From: Chromera velia
Taxonomy: Eukaryota
Assembly (NCBI GenBank): GCA_018398765.1
Contig: JAHBMJ010000504.1
Span: forward strand, 1-45,960
Direction: 5' to 3'
Length of the DNA: 45,960 nucleotides
Positions 45,875 to 45,960 of this stretch are shown here, one piece after another. Under the pieces are notes generated by a model. It ran no database searches and had not been told where the DNA came from. It saw nothing but the letters and a program-made list of their open reading frames with translations. Within the stretch, counting starts at the first letter, position 1. Each line of letters starts with the position of its first letter. Both the position numbers and the translations under genes were made by a program.

Positions 45875-45960
45875 ACTGACTGACTGACTGACTGACTGAC
45901 TGACTGACTGACTGACTGACTGACTGACTGACTGACTGACTGACTGACTGACTGACGGAC
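45649..45960 (+). repeat. (GACT/GACG)n array, running off the window
   Basis: Directly visible. Confidence 0.97.

Noticed and set aside
45649..45960. Terminal repeat as a telomere
   Set aside because: (GACT)n is the same microsatellite found in internal introns, is not a TTAGGG/TTTAGGG-type repeat, and lies inside an unfinished gene.

Overview
This is eukaryotic, intron-rich genomic DNA. It has GT-AG introns full of (GTCA)n, (TG)n and (TTC)n/(TTTC)n microsatellites and recurrent TGCATGCA motifs, and one 11-N gap at 6372-6382. The style suggests an alveolate, most likely a chromerid such as Chromera; this is inference. About two-thirds of the window (11111-42321, minus strand) is one gene that I traced by hand as 36 phase-consistent exons (19,416 nt, about 6,471 aa). 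It encodes a giant HUWE1/UPL1/Tom1-type HECT E3 ubiquitin ligase with an N-terminal helical solenoid, UBA, acidic IDR, three UBM/DUF4414 motifs and a HECT domain with the catalytic Cys. Head-to-head with it, about 600 bp away, is a multi-exon membrane-protein gene with an XK-related-like motif and possible RNI-like LRRs; it runs off the right edge. At the left edge is a small minus-strand gene with a signal peptide. The 1.2-9.6 kb interval is a non-coding repeat island: a ~540-bp direct duplication, a ~4-kb element with perfect 48-bp TIRs, an abutting 1.25-kb element with 47-bp TIRs plus internal direct repeats, and a nested palindromic-motif array with a MITE-like unit. Repeat copies there differ almost only by C>T/G>A transitions, mostly at CpA and CpG, which resembles RIP or methylation-driven mutation. 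Most ORFs in the supplied track are antisense or microsatellite artefacts.
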